A stretch of 64,000 nucleotides of DNA, taken from positions 864,001 through 928,000 of the forward strand of contig OZ224045.1 of assembly GCA_963665325.3 (NCBI GenBank), written 5' to 3'. Source of the stretch: Alphaproteobacteria bacterium. GTDB taxonomy: Bacteria; Pseudomonadota; Alphaproteobacteria; Bin95. Under the pieces are notes generated by a model. The model searched no databases and was not told where the DNA came from. It was given only the letters and a program-made list of their open reading frames with translations. Below, piece after piece: positions 20,904 to 30,004 of this stretch (positions within the stretch are counted from its first letter, which is position 1; every line of letters starts with the position of its first letter). Made by a program: the position numbers and the translations under genes.

Positions 20904-21869
20904 ATGGCTTGCAAGGGGCGCGGAAATCGGAATCGGGCTGCGCCGTCGCGGCACGGTGGGGAATGGCCGACCTGGGTCGTCGCGGGCGCCATCTACGGCG
21001 GATGGCTCCTGCTCACCTTCCATGCGGCGGCGCTGCCCTGGTGGCTGCTGTTGCCCGCCGGGGCCTTCATCGTCTGCTGGCACGGTTCGCTGCAGCACGA
21101 GGCGGTGCATGGACATCCGACGCGGTCGCCGAACGTCAACCTCGCGCTTGCCTGGCTGCCGCTCGGCCTGTGGATGCCCTACGAGATCTACCGCGACACC
21201 CACCTGCGCCACCATGCCTGCCCGGCCCTGACTGACCCGCTTGAGGACACCGAGTCAAATTTCGTCCGGGAGCGCGACTGGAACAGCATGAGTCGAACCC
21301 GCCGTCTGCTGCTCCGGTTCAACCAGACGCTGTCCGGCCGTCTGGCGCTGGGTCCGACGCTCGCCGCGCTTGCGCTGTGGCGGGCGGAGCTGGGGCGGGT
21401 CCGTTCCGGCGATCTAGCCAATGGCGGCGTCTGGCTGCGCCACGCGCTCGGCGCGGGTCTGGTCCTCGGCTGGGTCGTCCTCGTCTGCGAACTGTCCGTC
21501 GGCGCCTATGTCGCTCTGTTCGCCTATCCGGGCCTGTCGCTGACCCTGCTGCGATCCTACGCCGAACATCATCCCGCCGCCGGGAAGAGCGGGCGGACCG
21601 CCATCGTGCTGGGCGGACCGCTCAGCCGGCTCCTCTACCTCAACAACAACCTCCATGTCGTGCATCACAGCCGCCCGGACCTGCCCTGGCACGCCATCCC
21701 GGCGGCGTTCTCCGCGCGGCGCGGGGACTACACGGCAGAGGCGGGCGGCCTAGTCTATGCAGGCTACCCGACGCTGTTGCGCCGTTTCCTGTTCCGCGCC
21801 CGGCGCCACCCGGTCCACCCCGACCACCGGCTCGCGGATATTCGAGGGTCGCGGCCCGTCACCCTTTAG
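20904..21869 (+). CDS. Fatty acid desaturase-family membrane di-iron enzyme
   Basis: His boxes HEAVH, HLRHH, HVVHH; start uncertain. Confidence 0.85.
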   Translation: MACKGRGNRNRAAPSRHGGEWPTWVVAGAIYGGWLLLTFHAAALPWWLLLPAGAFIVCWHGSLQHEAVHGHPTRSPNVNLALAWLPLGLWMPYEIYRDTHLRHHACPALTDPLEDTESNFVRERDWNSMSRTRRLLLRFNQTLSGRLALGPTLAALALWRAELGRVRSGDLANGGVWLRHALGAGLVLGWVVLVCELSVGAYVALFAYPGLSLTLLRSYAEHHPAAGKSGRTAIVLGGPLSRLLYLNNNLHVVHHSRPDLPWHAIPAAFSARRGDYTAEAGGLVYAGYPTLLRRFLFRARRHPVHPDHRLADIRGSRPVTL

Positions 21870-22470
21870 CCGGGCGGAATTGCCGGCTTGCGGGGCTTTC
21901 GGGCCAGGCGACGAGGCCGCCGTCTGCGACGCGCTCGTGCCCGTACACGAGCCAGGGATCGTCCACCGTGCCGATGACGGCATCGACGCGGAACCTTCCG
22001 GGGTGCCGTTCGGCAAGCTCAAGGGCGGTGAGGCCGCTGTCCCAGGCGCCGTCGAGCAGGCCCTCGGCAACCCGCATAATCGAGCTTGCAGGCACATGCT
22101 CCGGCAAGGCGGAGATATCGGCATAGCCGCTTGTGGCCGGTTGCAGGGCGAGCGTCCTCGGCCGGGCAATTTCGGCGCGCGTGAGGATGCCCAATTCCCT
22201 GCTCGGCGAAATGAAGCAATCGACGATATGGATGCCGTGGTCGAAATGCGCCCTGGATACGATTTCAGCGCAGTCGGGGTGGACGGCGACCTGGACCATG
22301 AAATCGGCCTCGCCGCCGGCCATCGCCGCCAGGCCGTCGAAGAAATCGTCGATCAGGAGGACCTGCGCGTCATCGAGGCCGTGGAACGCCAGATAGTTGC
22401 GGGTGACGAGATCGTGGTTGGTCCCGGCCGGCCCGAGTGTGACGAAGCGCGGGCTGCTTCTGCGGCCCAT
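21859..22470 (-). CDS. Hypothetical protein with prephenate dehydratase-like N-terminus
   Basis: TLGPAGTNH start resembles PDT/BacA-type LGPxGT; no ACT domain. Confidence 0.55.
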   Translation of the reverse strand: MGRRSSPRFVTLGPAGTNHDLVTRNYLAFHGLDDAQVLLIDDFFDGLAAMAGGEADFMVQVAVHPDCAEIVSRAHFDHGIHIVDCFISPSRELGILTRAEIARPRTLALQPATSGYADISALPEHVPASSIMRVAEGLLDGAWDSGLTALELAERHPGRFRVDAVIGTVDDPWLVYGHERVADGGLVAWPESPASRQFRPAKG

Positions 22471-22474
22471 CGTG

Positions 22475-23383
22475 CTACGTCCTGCTGAGGGTCGCCGCGC
22501 CCGCAGCGGCCGAGTGGCGCCGGGGGCCGAAGAGGGCGGCCGCGGCCACGACCGCGCCCGAGACGGCGGCGATGCAGCCGGCGGCGTTCAGCGACCAGGA
22601 CGCGCCGAACAGTGCCGGGGCGAAGCCGGCGAGACCGTAGCCGGCAACGGCCGAACCGATGCCCAGCGCCATGCTCAGCAGGATCTGGGTGCGGTAGTCG
22701 TCGGTCATCAGGCGCGCGGCTGCGGGCGGGCAGATCAGCATGGCGATCACCAGGATCGAGCCGACGGCCTCGAAGGAGGCGATGGACGCCGCCGCCACGA
22801 ACAGCACCACGCCCAGATGGACGAGGCCGGGGCGGAAGCCGAGCGCGGCGGCGAAAGCGGGATCGAACACGGCGAGCCTGATCTCCTTCGCCAGCAGCAG
22901 CACTGCCGCGGCCGCCACGGCGAAGACGCCGGCGAGCGTCCAGACCTCGCGCGGCAGCGCCCCTATGTCCGGCGCGTCGAGCCAGAGGATGTCTTCCAGC
23001 TGGCCGTAGAGCACGCAGTCGGCGTCGATATGCAGGTTTCGCCCGGCGGCCTGCTCCAGCATGAACACGCCGGCTGCGAACATGACCGTGAAGACCGCGC
23101 CCATCGCGGCGCCCGGCTCGATGCGCCCGAGGCGGCGAACGAGCTGGATCGCGCCTGCAGCGACCAGCGCGGCGGCAAGCGCCCCCGCCAGCATCGCCGG
23201 AGACGCAAGCGCGCCGGCCAGCAGGAAACCACCGACGATGCCCGGCAGCACGGCATGGGCGATGGCGTCGCCGAGCAGGCTTTCGCGCCTGAGCACAAGG
23301 AAATTGCCTAGCAGCGCGCACAGGCCGGAGGCGAGGCCGGCCGCCAGCAAGGCCGGGAAATCGACTTGCCAGAAGAGACTCAC
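22475..23383 (-). CDS. Mn/Zn ABC transporter permease (TroD/MntD-like)
   Basis: GDAIAHAVLPGI, VLYG, VGSILVIAMLICPPAAARL; GTG start overlaps the upstream stop. Confidence 0.88.
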   Translation of the reverse strand: MSLFWQVDFPALLAAGLASGLCALLGNFLVLRRESLLGDAIAHAVLPGIVGGFLLAGALASPAMLAGALAAALVAAGAIQLVRRLGRIEPGAAMGAVFTVMFAAGVFMLEQAAGRNLHIDADCVLYGQLEDILWLDAPDIGALPREVWTLAGVFAVAAAAVLLLAKEIRLAVFDPAFAAALGFRPGLVHLGVVLFVAAASIASFEAVGSILVIAMLICPPAAARLMTDDYRTQILLSMALGIGSAVAGYGLAGFAPALFGASWSLNAAGCIAAVSGAVVAAAALFGPRRHSAAAGAATLSRT

Positions 23384-24528
23384 CGGTTCCGTCTCCCCAA
23401 TTGCGCGAGCGCTTCGGGCGGTAGCGGGTCGATACCCCAGGCGAGGCCTGCGGGCAGTGCGTCCGGCGATTCGGCAAGGCACCGGTCCCAGAGTTCGAGC
23501 CGGGCGACCGCCGCCGCGCCCCTCGCCGTGGGCCGGCCGCCGCGCCGCCAGCCGACGAGCGCCGCGCCGGGATAGCCGCGCCCGGCCTGCAAGGCCCTCG
23601 CGGCCCGCAACCGCCAGCCTGCCGCGCCGCGCCGGAAGGTTTCCGCAAAGACGCCGCGCCGGGGCGCCGCCAGCAGGCTCGCCGCGAACACGGCGCCCAG
23701 CGCCAGCACGATGGAGGCGCCGGTCGGCGCGCGCGGCCAGACCGCCGAGGCAGCCGCGCCCAGGAATGCGCCGCCCGCCCCGAAGGCGACCGACAGCCAG
23801 AAAATGCCCCTGAGCCGCTCGGACCAGAACCGCGCCGCGACCGCCGGCAGGATCAGGAGCGCCACCACCAGGACAAGTCCCACCGTCTGGAGGCCGAGCA
23901 CGGTGACCAGCACGCCGAGCCCGAGCAGCGCCGCATCCAGCCTTGCGACCGGCCAGCCACGGGCGCGGGCGTGGTCCTCGTCGAAACACAAGAGGCCGAA
24001 CGGGCGGAAGAGCGCCAGCAACACTGCGAGCGCTGCCAGCGCCGCGATGCCGAGCCCCACCGCTTCGGACGCCGAAAGCGCCGCAGCCTGCCCCAGGATA
24101 AAGCTCTCGAGGCCGCCCTGGCTGCCCTGCGGCAGGGTCTGGACCCAGGACAGCAGCACGATGCCGATGGCGTAGGAGACGCTGAGCGTAATGGCGATGG
24201 CGGCGTCGGGGGCGAGGCGGGTGCTGCGGGTCAGCGCCTCCGCCGCCGCCATGCCGAGCATGCCGGTGGCCGCCGCCCCGGCGAGCAGCACGGGGAGCGA
24301 ACGCCCTTCGGCGCCCAGAAGGCCGGCGGCGACGAAGGCCAGAACGATGCCCGGAAGAGTGGCGTGCCCCACGGCATCGGCCGCCATCGCCCGCGCGCGC
24401 AGGAAAAGGAAGGCGCCGACTCCGCCGGCCGCGGCGCCCAGCGCCGCCGCGCCGGCCATGACCACGCCCGTATTGTAGCCCGCCCGGAAGGTCAGGACCT
24501 CGAGCGGCCCGACTTCCGCGCCGGTCAT
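23380..24528 (-). CDS. Mn/Zn ABC transporter permease (TroC/MntC-like)
   Basis: ADAVGHATLPGI, FILGQAA, VGLVLVVALLILPAVAARFW. Confidence 0.88.
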   Translation of the reverse strand: MTGAEVGPLEVLTFRAGYNTGVVMAGAAALGAAAGGVGAFLFLRARAMAADAVGHATLPGIVLAFVAAGLLGAEGRSLPVLLAGAAATGMLGMAAAEALTRSTRLAPDAAIAITLSVSYAIGIVLLSWVQTLPQGSQGGLESFILGQAAALSASEAVGLGIAALAALAVLLALFRPFGLLCFDEDHARARGWPVARLDAALLGLGVLVTVLGLQTVGLVLVVALLILPAVAARFWSERLRGIFWLSVAFGAGGAFLGAAASAVWPRAPTGASIVLALGAVFAASLLAAPRRGVFAETFRRGAAGWRLRAARALQAGRGYPGAALVGWRRGGRPTARGAAAVARLELWDRCLAESPDALPAGLAWGIDPLPPEALAQLGRRNR

Positions 24529-25283
24529 TCCGCCGCCAGCGCGCGCGGCTTCAGTCCCGAAGCGTCATAGGCGCGCCGGAGCGTGTCTTCGGCCAGCGCC
24601 TCGGCGGGGGGGCCGCTGGCCATGACGACGGCGTTCAGCACGGTCGCATGGTCGAAATAGGCGGCGACGGTGCGCAAATCGTGGTGGATGCAGACGATAT
24701 GCCGGCCCTCGCCTTCGAGTTCGCCCAGCACATCGAGGATGGCGGCTTCCGAGGCGGTGTCGATGCCGGAGAACGGCTCGTCCAGCAGCAGCAGTTCGGC
24801 CTCCTGCGCGAGCGCGCGGGCCAGGAAGACGCGCTGCTGCTGGCCGCCGGACAGCCGCCCGATCTGGCGATGGCGGTAGTCGCCGAGCCCGACCCGGTCG
24901 AGCGCTGCATCCGCGGCGTTCACCTCGCGCCGGCGGAGGCGGCGGAACCATCCGACCCGGCCGTAAAGCCCCATGGCGGCCACATCGCGGGCGGACACCG
25001 GGAAGTCCCAATCGACGCTGCTGCGCTGCGGCATATAGGCGATGCGCCGGCGGACCCGCGCAACCGGCTCGCCCAGCAGCCGCACCTGGCCCGTCAGCAC
25101 GGGCGCCAGGCCGAGCGCCGCCTTGAAGAGGGTGGACTTGCCCGCGCCGTTCGGCCCCACCACTGCCGCCAGGCCCTGTGTCGGCAACCGGAGATCGACA
25201 TTCCAGAGCACGGGCCGCCCGCCCCAGGCAACCGTGAGCCCGTTGGCCTCGAAGGGCGAGACGGCCGGGGCGTCAGCGGTCAT
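24525..25283 (-). CDS. Mn/Zn ABC transporter ATP-binding protein
   Basis: GPNGAGKST, YMPQR, LSGGQQQR, LLDEP, HHDL. Confidence 0.92.
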   Translation of the reverse strand: MTADAPAVSPFEANGLTVAWGGRPVLWNVDLRLPTQGLAAVVGPNGAGKSTLFKAALGLAPVLTGQVRLLGEPVARVRRRIAYMPQRSSVDWDFPVSARDVAAMGLYGRVGWFRRLRRREVNAADAALDRVGLGDYRHRQIGRLSGGQQQRVFLARALAQEAELLLLDEPFSGIDTASEAAILDVLGELEGEGRHIVCIHHDLRTVAAYFDHATVLNAVVMASGPPAEALAEDTLRRAYDASGLKPRALAAE

Positions 25284-26184
25284 GGGCTGCAAGCTTTCCC
25301 AGCATCCCGCGCGCTGGCGCCCGGCCGCCGAGCGCGCGCGCGATGGTGGTGACATTGTGGTCGATCATGCCGACATAGGTCCCTTCGTAGGTGCCCGCCG
25401 GCCCCATCGCGTCCGAGAACAGCCGGCCGCCAACTGCCACCCGGTGCCCGCGCGCCGCCGCACCCTCGACAATGGCGCGGACATTGCGGTCGGAGACGGT
25501 CGATTCGACGAAGACCGCCGGAAGCCTGCGTGTGACGACTGTTTCGACCGCTGCTTCGATAGCCCGGAGGCCGGCTTCGGACTCGGTGTTGACCCCCTGG
25601 ATGCCGACTACTTCAAGTCCGTAGCGGCGGCCGAAATAGGCAAAGGCATCGTGCGCGGTTACGAGCACACGCGCCTCGGGCGGAATGCTCCCGATAGAGG
25701 CGCGCGCATAGGCGTCGAGGCGCGCGAAGCCCTCCGGCGCCGGCAGGCCGAGCCGGTTCGCAGCATTAGCCAGCGCCTCGGCCCAGAGTGCGGGGTCCAT
25801 CCAGAGGTGCGGGTCGGCTGCGCCCGCATAGCCGGAAGCGACCGACAGGCGTTCGGCCTCGGGCACTGCCTCGCAAACGGCAGTGGCGGGCTTGCCGGAC
25901 GCGGCCAGGCGCTCGAAAGCATCCAGCATCTTCCCTTCGAGGCCGAGGCCGCAATAGAGGATATGCGGGGCGCCGATCAGCCGGGCGATATCGGTGCGCG
26001 TCAGCTTGTAGAGATGCGGGTCCACGCCGGATCCCATCAGGCTCTCCACGCCCAGCGGCTCCGCAATCATGGCGATCGTGGCGACCGGCCCTCGGTCGAT
26101 GGCCGCAGAAACGGGCGGCGCGGCAAGGACCGGCAGGGCGAGGAGAAGGGCCATAAGCCTTCGCATAGCAGCGCTAATTGGCAT
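25273..26184 (-). CDS. Mn/Zn ABC transporter substrate-binding protein (TroA-like)
   Basis: Signal peptide; VDPHLY, DPHLW, TAHDAF, FSDAMG metal ligands. Confidence 0.9.
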   Translation of the reverse strand: MPISAAMRRLMALLLALPVLAAPPVSAAIDRGPVATIAMIAEPLGVESLMGSGVDPHLYKLTRTDIARLIGAPHILYCGLGLEGKMLDAFERLAASGKPATAVCEAVPEAERLSVASGYAGAADPHLWMDPALWAEALANAANRLGLPAPEGFARLDAYARASIGSIPPEARVLVTAHDAFAYFGRRYGLEVVGIQGVNTESEAGLRAIEAAVETVVTRRLPAVFVESTVSDRNVRAIVEGAAARGHRVAVGGRLFSDAMGPAGTYEGTYVGMIDHNVTTIARALGGRAPARGMLGKLAAHDR

Positions 26185-26240
26185 GGATAAGCCCCGGCGG
26201 CAATCTCCCGCCCCGACATAAAGGTGAATGTAAGGCAGAA

Positions 26241-26262
26241 AAATAAAGCCTCGGCTGTATTC
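26241..26262. promoter_or_regulatory. Putative MntR/DtxR-type operator AAATAAAGCCTCGGCTGTATTC
   Basis: Imperfect palindrome upstream of the metal ABC operon, resembling the enterobacterial MntR box as recalled (AAACATAGCN4GCTATGTTT). Confidence 0.5.
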
Positions 26263-26320
26263 TTGCGTTCATCGGCGGCGAAGGGCATGGTGCGCCCCGC
26301 CCGAGATAGAGAGAAACCCG

Positions 26321-27331
26321 ATGACCGAGAACCGCCAGATCGTCCTGAAGAGCCGGCCCGTCGGCCTGCCGACGCCGGAGAATTTCGCACTTGAGAGCGC
26401 GGCCATGCCGGTCGCCGGCGATGGCGAGATGCTCGTCCGCACGCTCTGGATGTCCGTGGACCCGTATATCCGCGGTCGGATCAGCGACCGGAAGAGCTAT
26501 GCGCCGCCCTTCCAGATCGGGGAGCCGCTGGACGGCTATTTCGTCGGGCGCGTGGAAGAGTCGAAGGGCGGGCGCTTTCCGGCCGGGACGCATGTGTTCG
26601 GCACCGGCGGCGGCTGGCGCGACTACCACGCCGCGGACGGCAAGGCGCTCCGGACCGTCGATCCGGACATCGCTCCGCTCCAGGCCAATATCGGCGTGCT
26701 CGGGATGCCTGGCCAGACCGCTTATGTCGGTCTGCTCGACATCGGCCAGCCGAAGGCGGGGGAAACCGTGTTCGTCTCCGCGGCCTCGGGCGCGGTCGGT
26801 GCGGTCGTCTGCCAGATCGCGAAGCTGAAGGGCTGCCGGGTCGTCGGCTCGGCCGGCTCGGACGAGAAATGCGCCTGGCTTCGCGACGAGGCCGGGGTGG
26901 ATGCGGCGATCAATTACAAGACCTGCGGGGACCTGGAGGCCGCGGTCGCGGCGGCGTGCCCGGACGGCATCGACGTCTATTTCGAGAATGTCGGCGGCGA
27001 GCATCTCCAGGCCGCGCTCTCGCAGATGAACTTCTTCGGCCGCATCGTCGCCTGCGGCATGATCGCGGGCTACAACGACAGCAAGCCGAGGCCGGGCCCG
27101 AACAATCTGTTCCTCGTCGTCGGGCGGCGCATCCGCATGCAGGGCTTCATCGTCTCCGACCACCGCGAGCGCAGCGACGCCTTCATCGAGGATGTCGGCG
27201 GCTGGATCCGCGACGGCAGGCTGCGCTGGCGCGAGACGGTGGTGGAAGGCCTCGAAGCCGCCCCGGGCGCCTTCATCGGCCTCTTCCACGGCGACAATTT
27301 CGGCAAGATGTGCGTGAAGGTGGCGGAGTAG
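26321..27331 (+). CDS. NADP-dependent oxidoreductase (CurA/prostaglandin reductase-like MDR)
   Basis: SVDPYIRGR, GMPGQTAY, SAASGAVG, YFENVGG, GDNFGK. Confidence 0.92.
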   Translation: MTENRQIVLKSRPVGLPTPENFALESAAMPVAGDGEMLVRTLWMSVDPYIRGRISDRKSYAPPFQIGEPLDGYFVGRVEESKGGRFPAGTHVFGTGGGWRDYHAADGKALRTVDPDIAPLQANIGVLGMPGQTAYVGLLDIGQPKAGETVFVSAASGAVGAVVCQIAKLKGCRVVGSAGSDEKCAWLRDEAGVDAAINYKTCGDLEAAVAAACPDGIDVYFENVGGEHLQAALSQMNFFGRIVACGMIAGYNDSKPRPGPNNLFLVVGRRIRMQGFIVSDHRERSDAFIEDVGGWIRDGRLRWRETVVEGLEAAPGAFIGLFHGDNFGKMCVKVAE

Positions 27332-27343
27332 GCCGGGCCGGCG

Positions 27344-28138
27344 ATGCAGGACCGTTACGCGGGCGATGTCGGGGACTTCGGTAAATTCGGCCTTCTCCGT
27401 GCTCTTTGCGGGACGGATTTCCGACTCGGCGTGCTTTGGTATCGCAATGACCGCGATCCGCCGGGCGAGGATGGAAGACACATCGGCTATCTGGACAAGA
27501 TCGAGGAGTACGGGAATTGCGACGCCCCGCTCTTCGAGCTCATGCGGAAGGTAGTGGGCGAAAAGCGTTCGATAGACATAATCGAGTCCATCGGCGTACT
27601 CCCCGAGACTACCGAGTACCATTCGACGAGGTTCGAGGAAACCGGGCGCCGGAATTCCTGGATCGCGGACGGCCTGAAGAAAGTGGCCGGATGCGATCTG
27701 GTGTTCGCGGACCCCGACAACGGCCTCGAAGTAGGCAGCGTACTCTCCGATGACCCGGAAGCCGTCAAATATGCCTTCTATGCCGATCTCGTTCCCGTCT
27801 GGAAACGCGGGCAGAGTCTGATCGTATATCAACACGGGAACAGAAATAAGCTTGTCGAGCGGCAAATCGAGGAGCGCCTCAGGGCCTTGCGCAAGAGATT
27901 CTGCAACCCGCCGCCTTGCTTCATCGCCCTTCGGTATCGCCGCGGCACGGCCAGAATGTTCTTTATACTGGCGCAGCCGAAGCACAGGGACCGTATCGCG
28001 AACCGGTGCCGCAACTTCATGGCGTCCCCCTGGGGCAGGAAAGGACATTTCACCTGGCCGGACGCTATGCGCGGAACGGCAATCGAAACATGCGCTGCGA
28101 GCGGACAGGATAGGGCGCGGCAGGGAGGCACGGTATGA
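27344..28138 (+). CDS. Hypothetical protein, possible methyltransferase-fold (DLVFADPDNG)
   Basis: 264 aa ORF, lower GC than flanks; YAGDVGDFGKFGLLRAL N-terminus. Confidence 0.65.
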   Translation: MQDRYAGDVGDFGKFGLLRALCGTDFRLGVLWYRNDRDPPGEDGRHIGYLDKIEEYGNCDAPLFELMRKVVGEKRSIDIIESIGVLPETTEYHSTRFEETGRRNSWIADGLKKVAGCDLVFADPDNGLEVGSVLSDDPEAVKYAFYADLVPVWKRGQSLIVYQHGNRNKLVERQIEERLRALRKRFCNPPPCFIALRYRRGTARMFFILAQPKHRDRIANRCRNFMASPWGRKGHFTWPDAMRGTAIETCAASGQDRARQGGTV

Positions 28139-28373
28139 ACAGGCGGTTGACCGCGATTGTCGAACGGCGGGATGGCAACGGTTATGTTGCCCTGTGCGCG
28201 GACGCGGATATCGCCAGCTAGGGAATACCGTGCCCGAGGCGCGGGACGCTCCGGCGGAAGCCCTGACCCTGTTCTTCCAAACCGCCGACGCCGGGAAAAT
28301 CCGGCGTGCCCCGCCCGGAATTCGAGTGGCGACCGGGGAGGCGGCCGTGCAGGATGCGGGCGAAGTATGGTAA
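28135..28373 (+). pseudogene. HicB-family antitoxin pseudogene
   Basis: MNRRLTAIVERRDGNGYVALCADADIAS* (TAG 28219-28221), then a frameshift to GNTVPEARDAPAEALTLFF; matches the HicB-like pattern LTAIIEREGDGYVALCPELDIASQGDT. Confidence 0.75.
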
Positions 28374-28412
28374 GGAATGCAATACGGCGCAGACGAAAGA
28401 GGTAGCGAAGCG

Positions 28413-28637
28413 ATGCTTGCAGTCAGGTTGCCGGCCGATGTGGAAGCGCGACTCGATTCGTTGGCGAAGGCAACGGGTCGAACCAAGTCCTTTTATGCCC
28501 GTCAGGCGATCTTGCAGCATCTGGACGACCTTGAAGACCTTTATATCGCCGAACAACGGCTGCGCGACTATCGCGACGGCAAGGAAGACACGGTGCCGCT
28601 GGATGAGGTGATGCGGCGCCATGGTATGGCAGATTGA
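28413..28637 (+). CDS. Ribbon-helix-helix antitoxin (RelB/StbD-like)
   Basis: MLAVRLPADVEARLDSLAKATGRTKSFY...LDDLEDLYIAE. Confidence 0.88.
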   Translation: MLAVRLPADVEARLDSLAKATGRTKSFYARQAILQHLDDLEDLYIAEQRLRDYRDGKEDTVPLDEVMRRHGMAD

Positions 28638-28896
28638 GTTTCTCAGGTCTGCCGAACGCGATCTGAACAGGCTGGATCGACCTGTCAGGCGACGCATTCT
28701 CTCTTTCCTGCATGGCCGCCTCGGGGCGACGGACAATCCGCGAAGCTTAGGCGCAGCGCTCAGGGGCTCCGAGATGGGGGAGCTTTGGCGCTACCGCGTG
28801 GGCGATTGGCGCATAGTCGCCCAGATTGAGGACAACACCATGCGGATTCTTGTCGTGCGGATCGACCATCGTCGAGACGTCTATCGTTTGCTCTGA
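28621..28896 (+). CDS. RelE/StbE toxin
   Basis: NPRSLGAAL...LWRYRVGDWRIV...IDHRRDVYR. Confidence 0.9.
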   Translation: MVWQIEFLRSAERDLNRLDRPVRRRILSFLHGRLGATDNPRSLGAALRGSEMGELWRYRVGDWRIVAQIEDNTMRILVVRIDHRRDVYRLL

Positions 28897-28953
28897 GACT
28901 TTCTTCGACAGCATCCCGTCCCGCTGCTACCGTTTGCGGGGAGGACCGAAGCG

Positions 28954-29982
28954 TTGAAAACCGTCTATACCCCGGCGCATGAGCGCCATCGGCCGCCGAC
29001 CATCCTGACGCGCGGCGTGGAAGTTCCGCATTGGGAAGTGGCCGAGCGGGCGGAGCGGCTGCTGGCGGCTGCCGCGGCGGCCGGGCATGAGGTCGTCGAA
29101 CCGGCGGACTACGGGCGCGCGCCGCGGGCCGCTGTCCACGACCCGGGCTATCTCGCCTTCCTGGAGAATGCGTGGATCCGCTGGCAGAAGCTCCCCGATC
29201 CGACGCCGGCAGTGCAGCCCTACGCCCATCCGGGCCGCCACATGCACGGGCAGCCGAGCGGCATCGAGGGCCAGGCGGGCTACTACATGGCGACCGGCAG
29301 CGCGCCCATTGTCGAAGGCACCTGGGAGGCCGCGATCGCCGCCGCCCATGCCGCGACCCATGCCGCGCGCCTGGTGCTGGACGGCGAGGACGCCGCCTAC
29401 GCGCTCTGCCGTCCGCCCGGCCACCACGCCTTCTCCGACCTTGGCGGCGGCTTCTGCTACCTGAACAACATCGCCATTGCCGCCGAATATATGCGCCGCG
29501 AACGGGGCCGCGTCGCGGTGCTCGATTTCGACGTGCATCACGGCAACGGCACGCAGGGCATCTTCTGGCGCCGGCGCGATGTGCTGTTCGTTTCGCTGCA
29601 TGGCGATCCGGCCGACTACTTCCCCTTCTTCGCCGGCTATGCGAACGAGATCGGCGGGGGCGACGGGCGCGGCTACAACCTCAACCTGCCGCAGCCGCCG
29701 GGCACGGGCGACGCCGCCTTCCTCGATGCGCTGGGCACCGCGCTGGAGGCGGTCCGGCATTTCGCGCCGGAGGCCCTGCTCGTCTCCGTCGGTTTCGATG
29801 CCTTCGAGGCCGATCCCATCGGCGTGCTGAAGATCACGACGCCCGGCTTCGGCGAGATCGGCCGGCGGATCGGCGGGCTCGGCCTGCCGACCGTGCTGGT
29901 GCAGGAGGGCGGCTACAATATCGAGGCGCTCGGCGCCAACCTCTCCGCCTTCCTCGGCGGGTTCACGGGCGGGCGCGGGTGA
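28954..29982 (+). CDS. Histone deacetylase-family / acetylpolyamine amidohydrolase
   Basis: RPPGHH, GFCYLNN, DFDVHHGNGTQ, SLH, QEGGY. Confidence 0.92.
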   Translation: MKTVYTPAHERHRPPTILTRGVEVPHWEVAERAERLLAAAAAAGHEVVEPADYGRAPRAAVHDPGYLAFLENAWIRWQKLPDPTPAVQPYAHPGRHMHGQPSGIEGQAGYYMATGSAPIVEGTWEAAIAAAHAATHAARLVLDGEDAAYALCRPPGHHAFSDLGGGFCYLNNIAIAAEYMRRERGRVAVLDFDVHHGNGTQGIFWRRRDVLFVSLHGDPADYFPFFAGYANEIGGGDGRGYNLNLPQPPGTGDAAFLDALGTALEAVRHFAPEALLVSVGFDAFEADPIGVLKITTPGFGEIGRRIGGLGLPTVLVQEGGYNIEALGANLSAFLGGFTGGRG

Positions 29983-30004
29983 AGGGCGGGGCCCGCCGCC
30001 GGCC

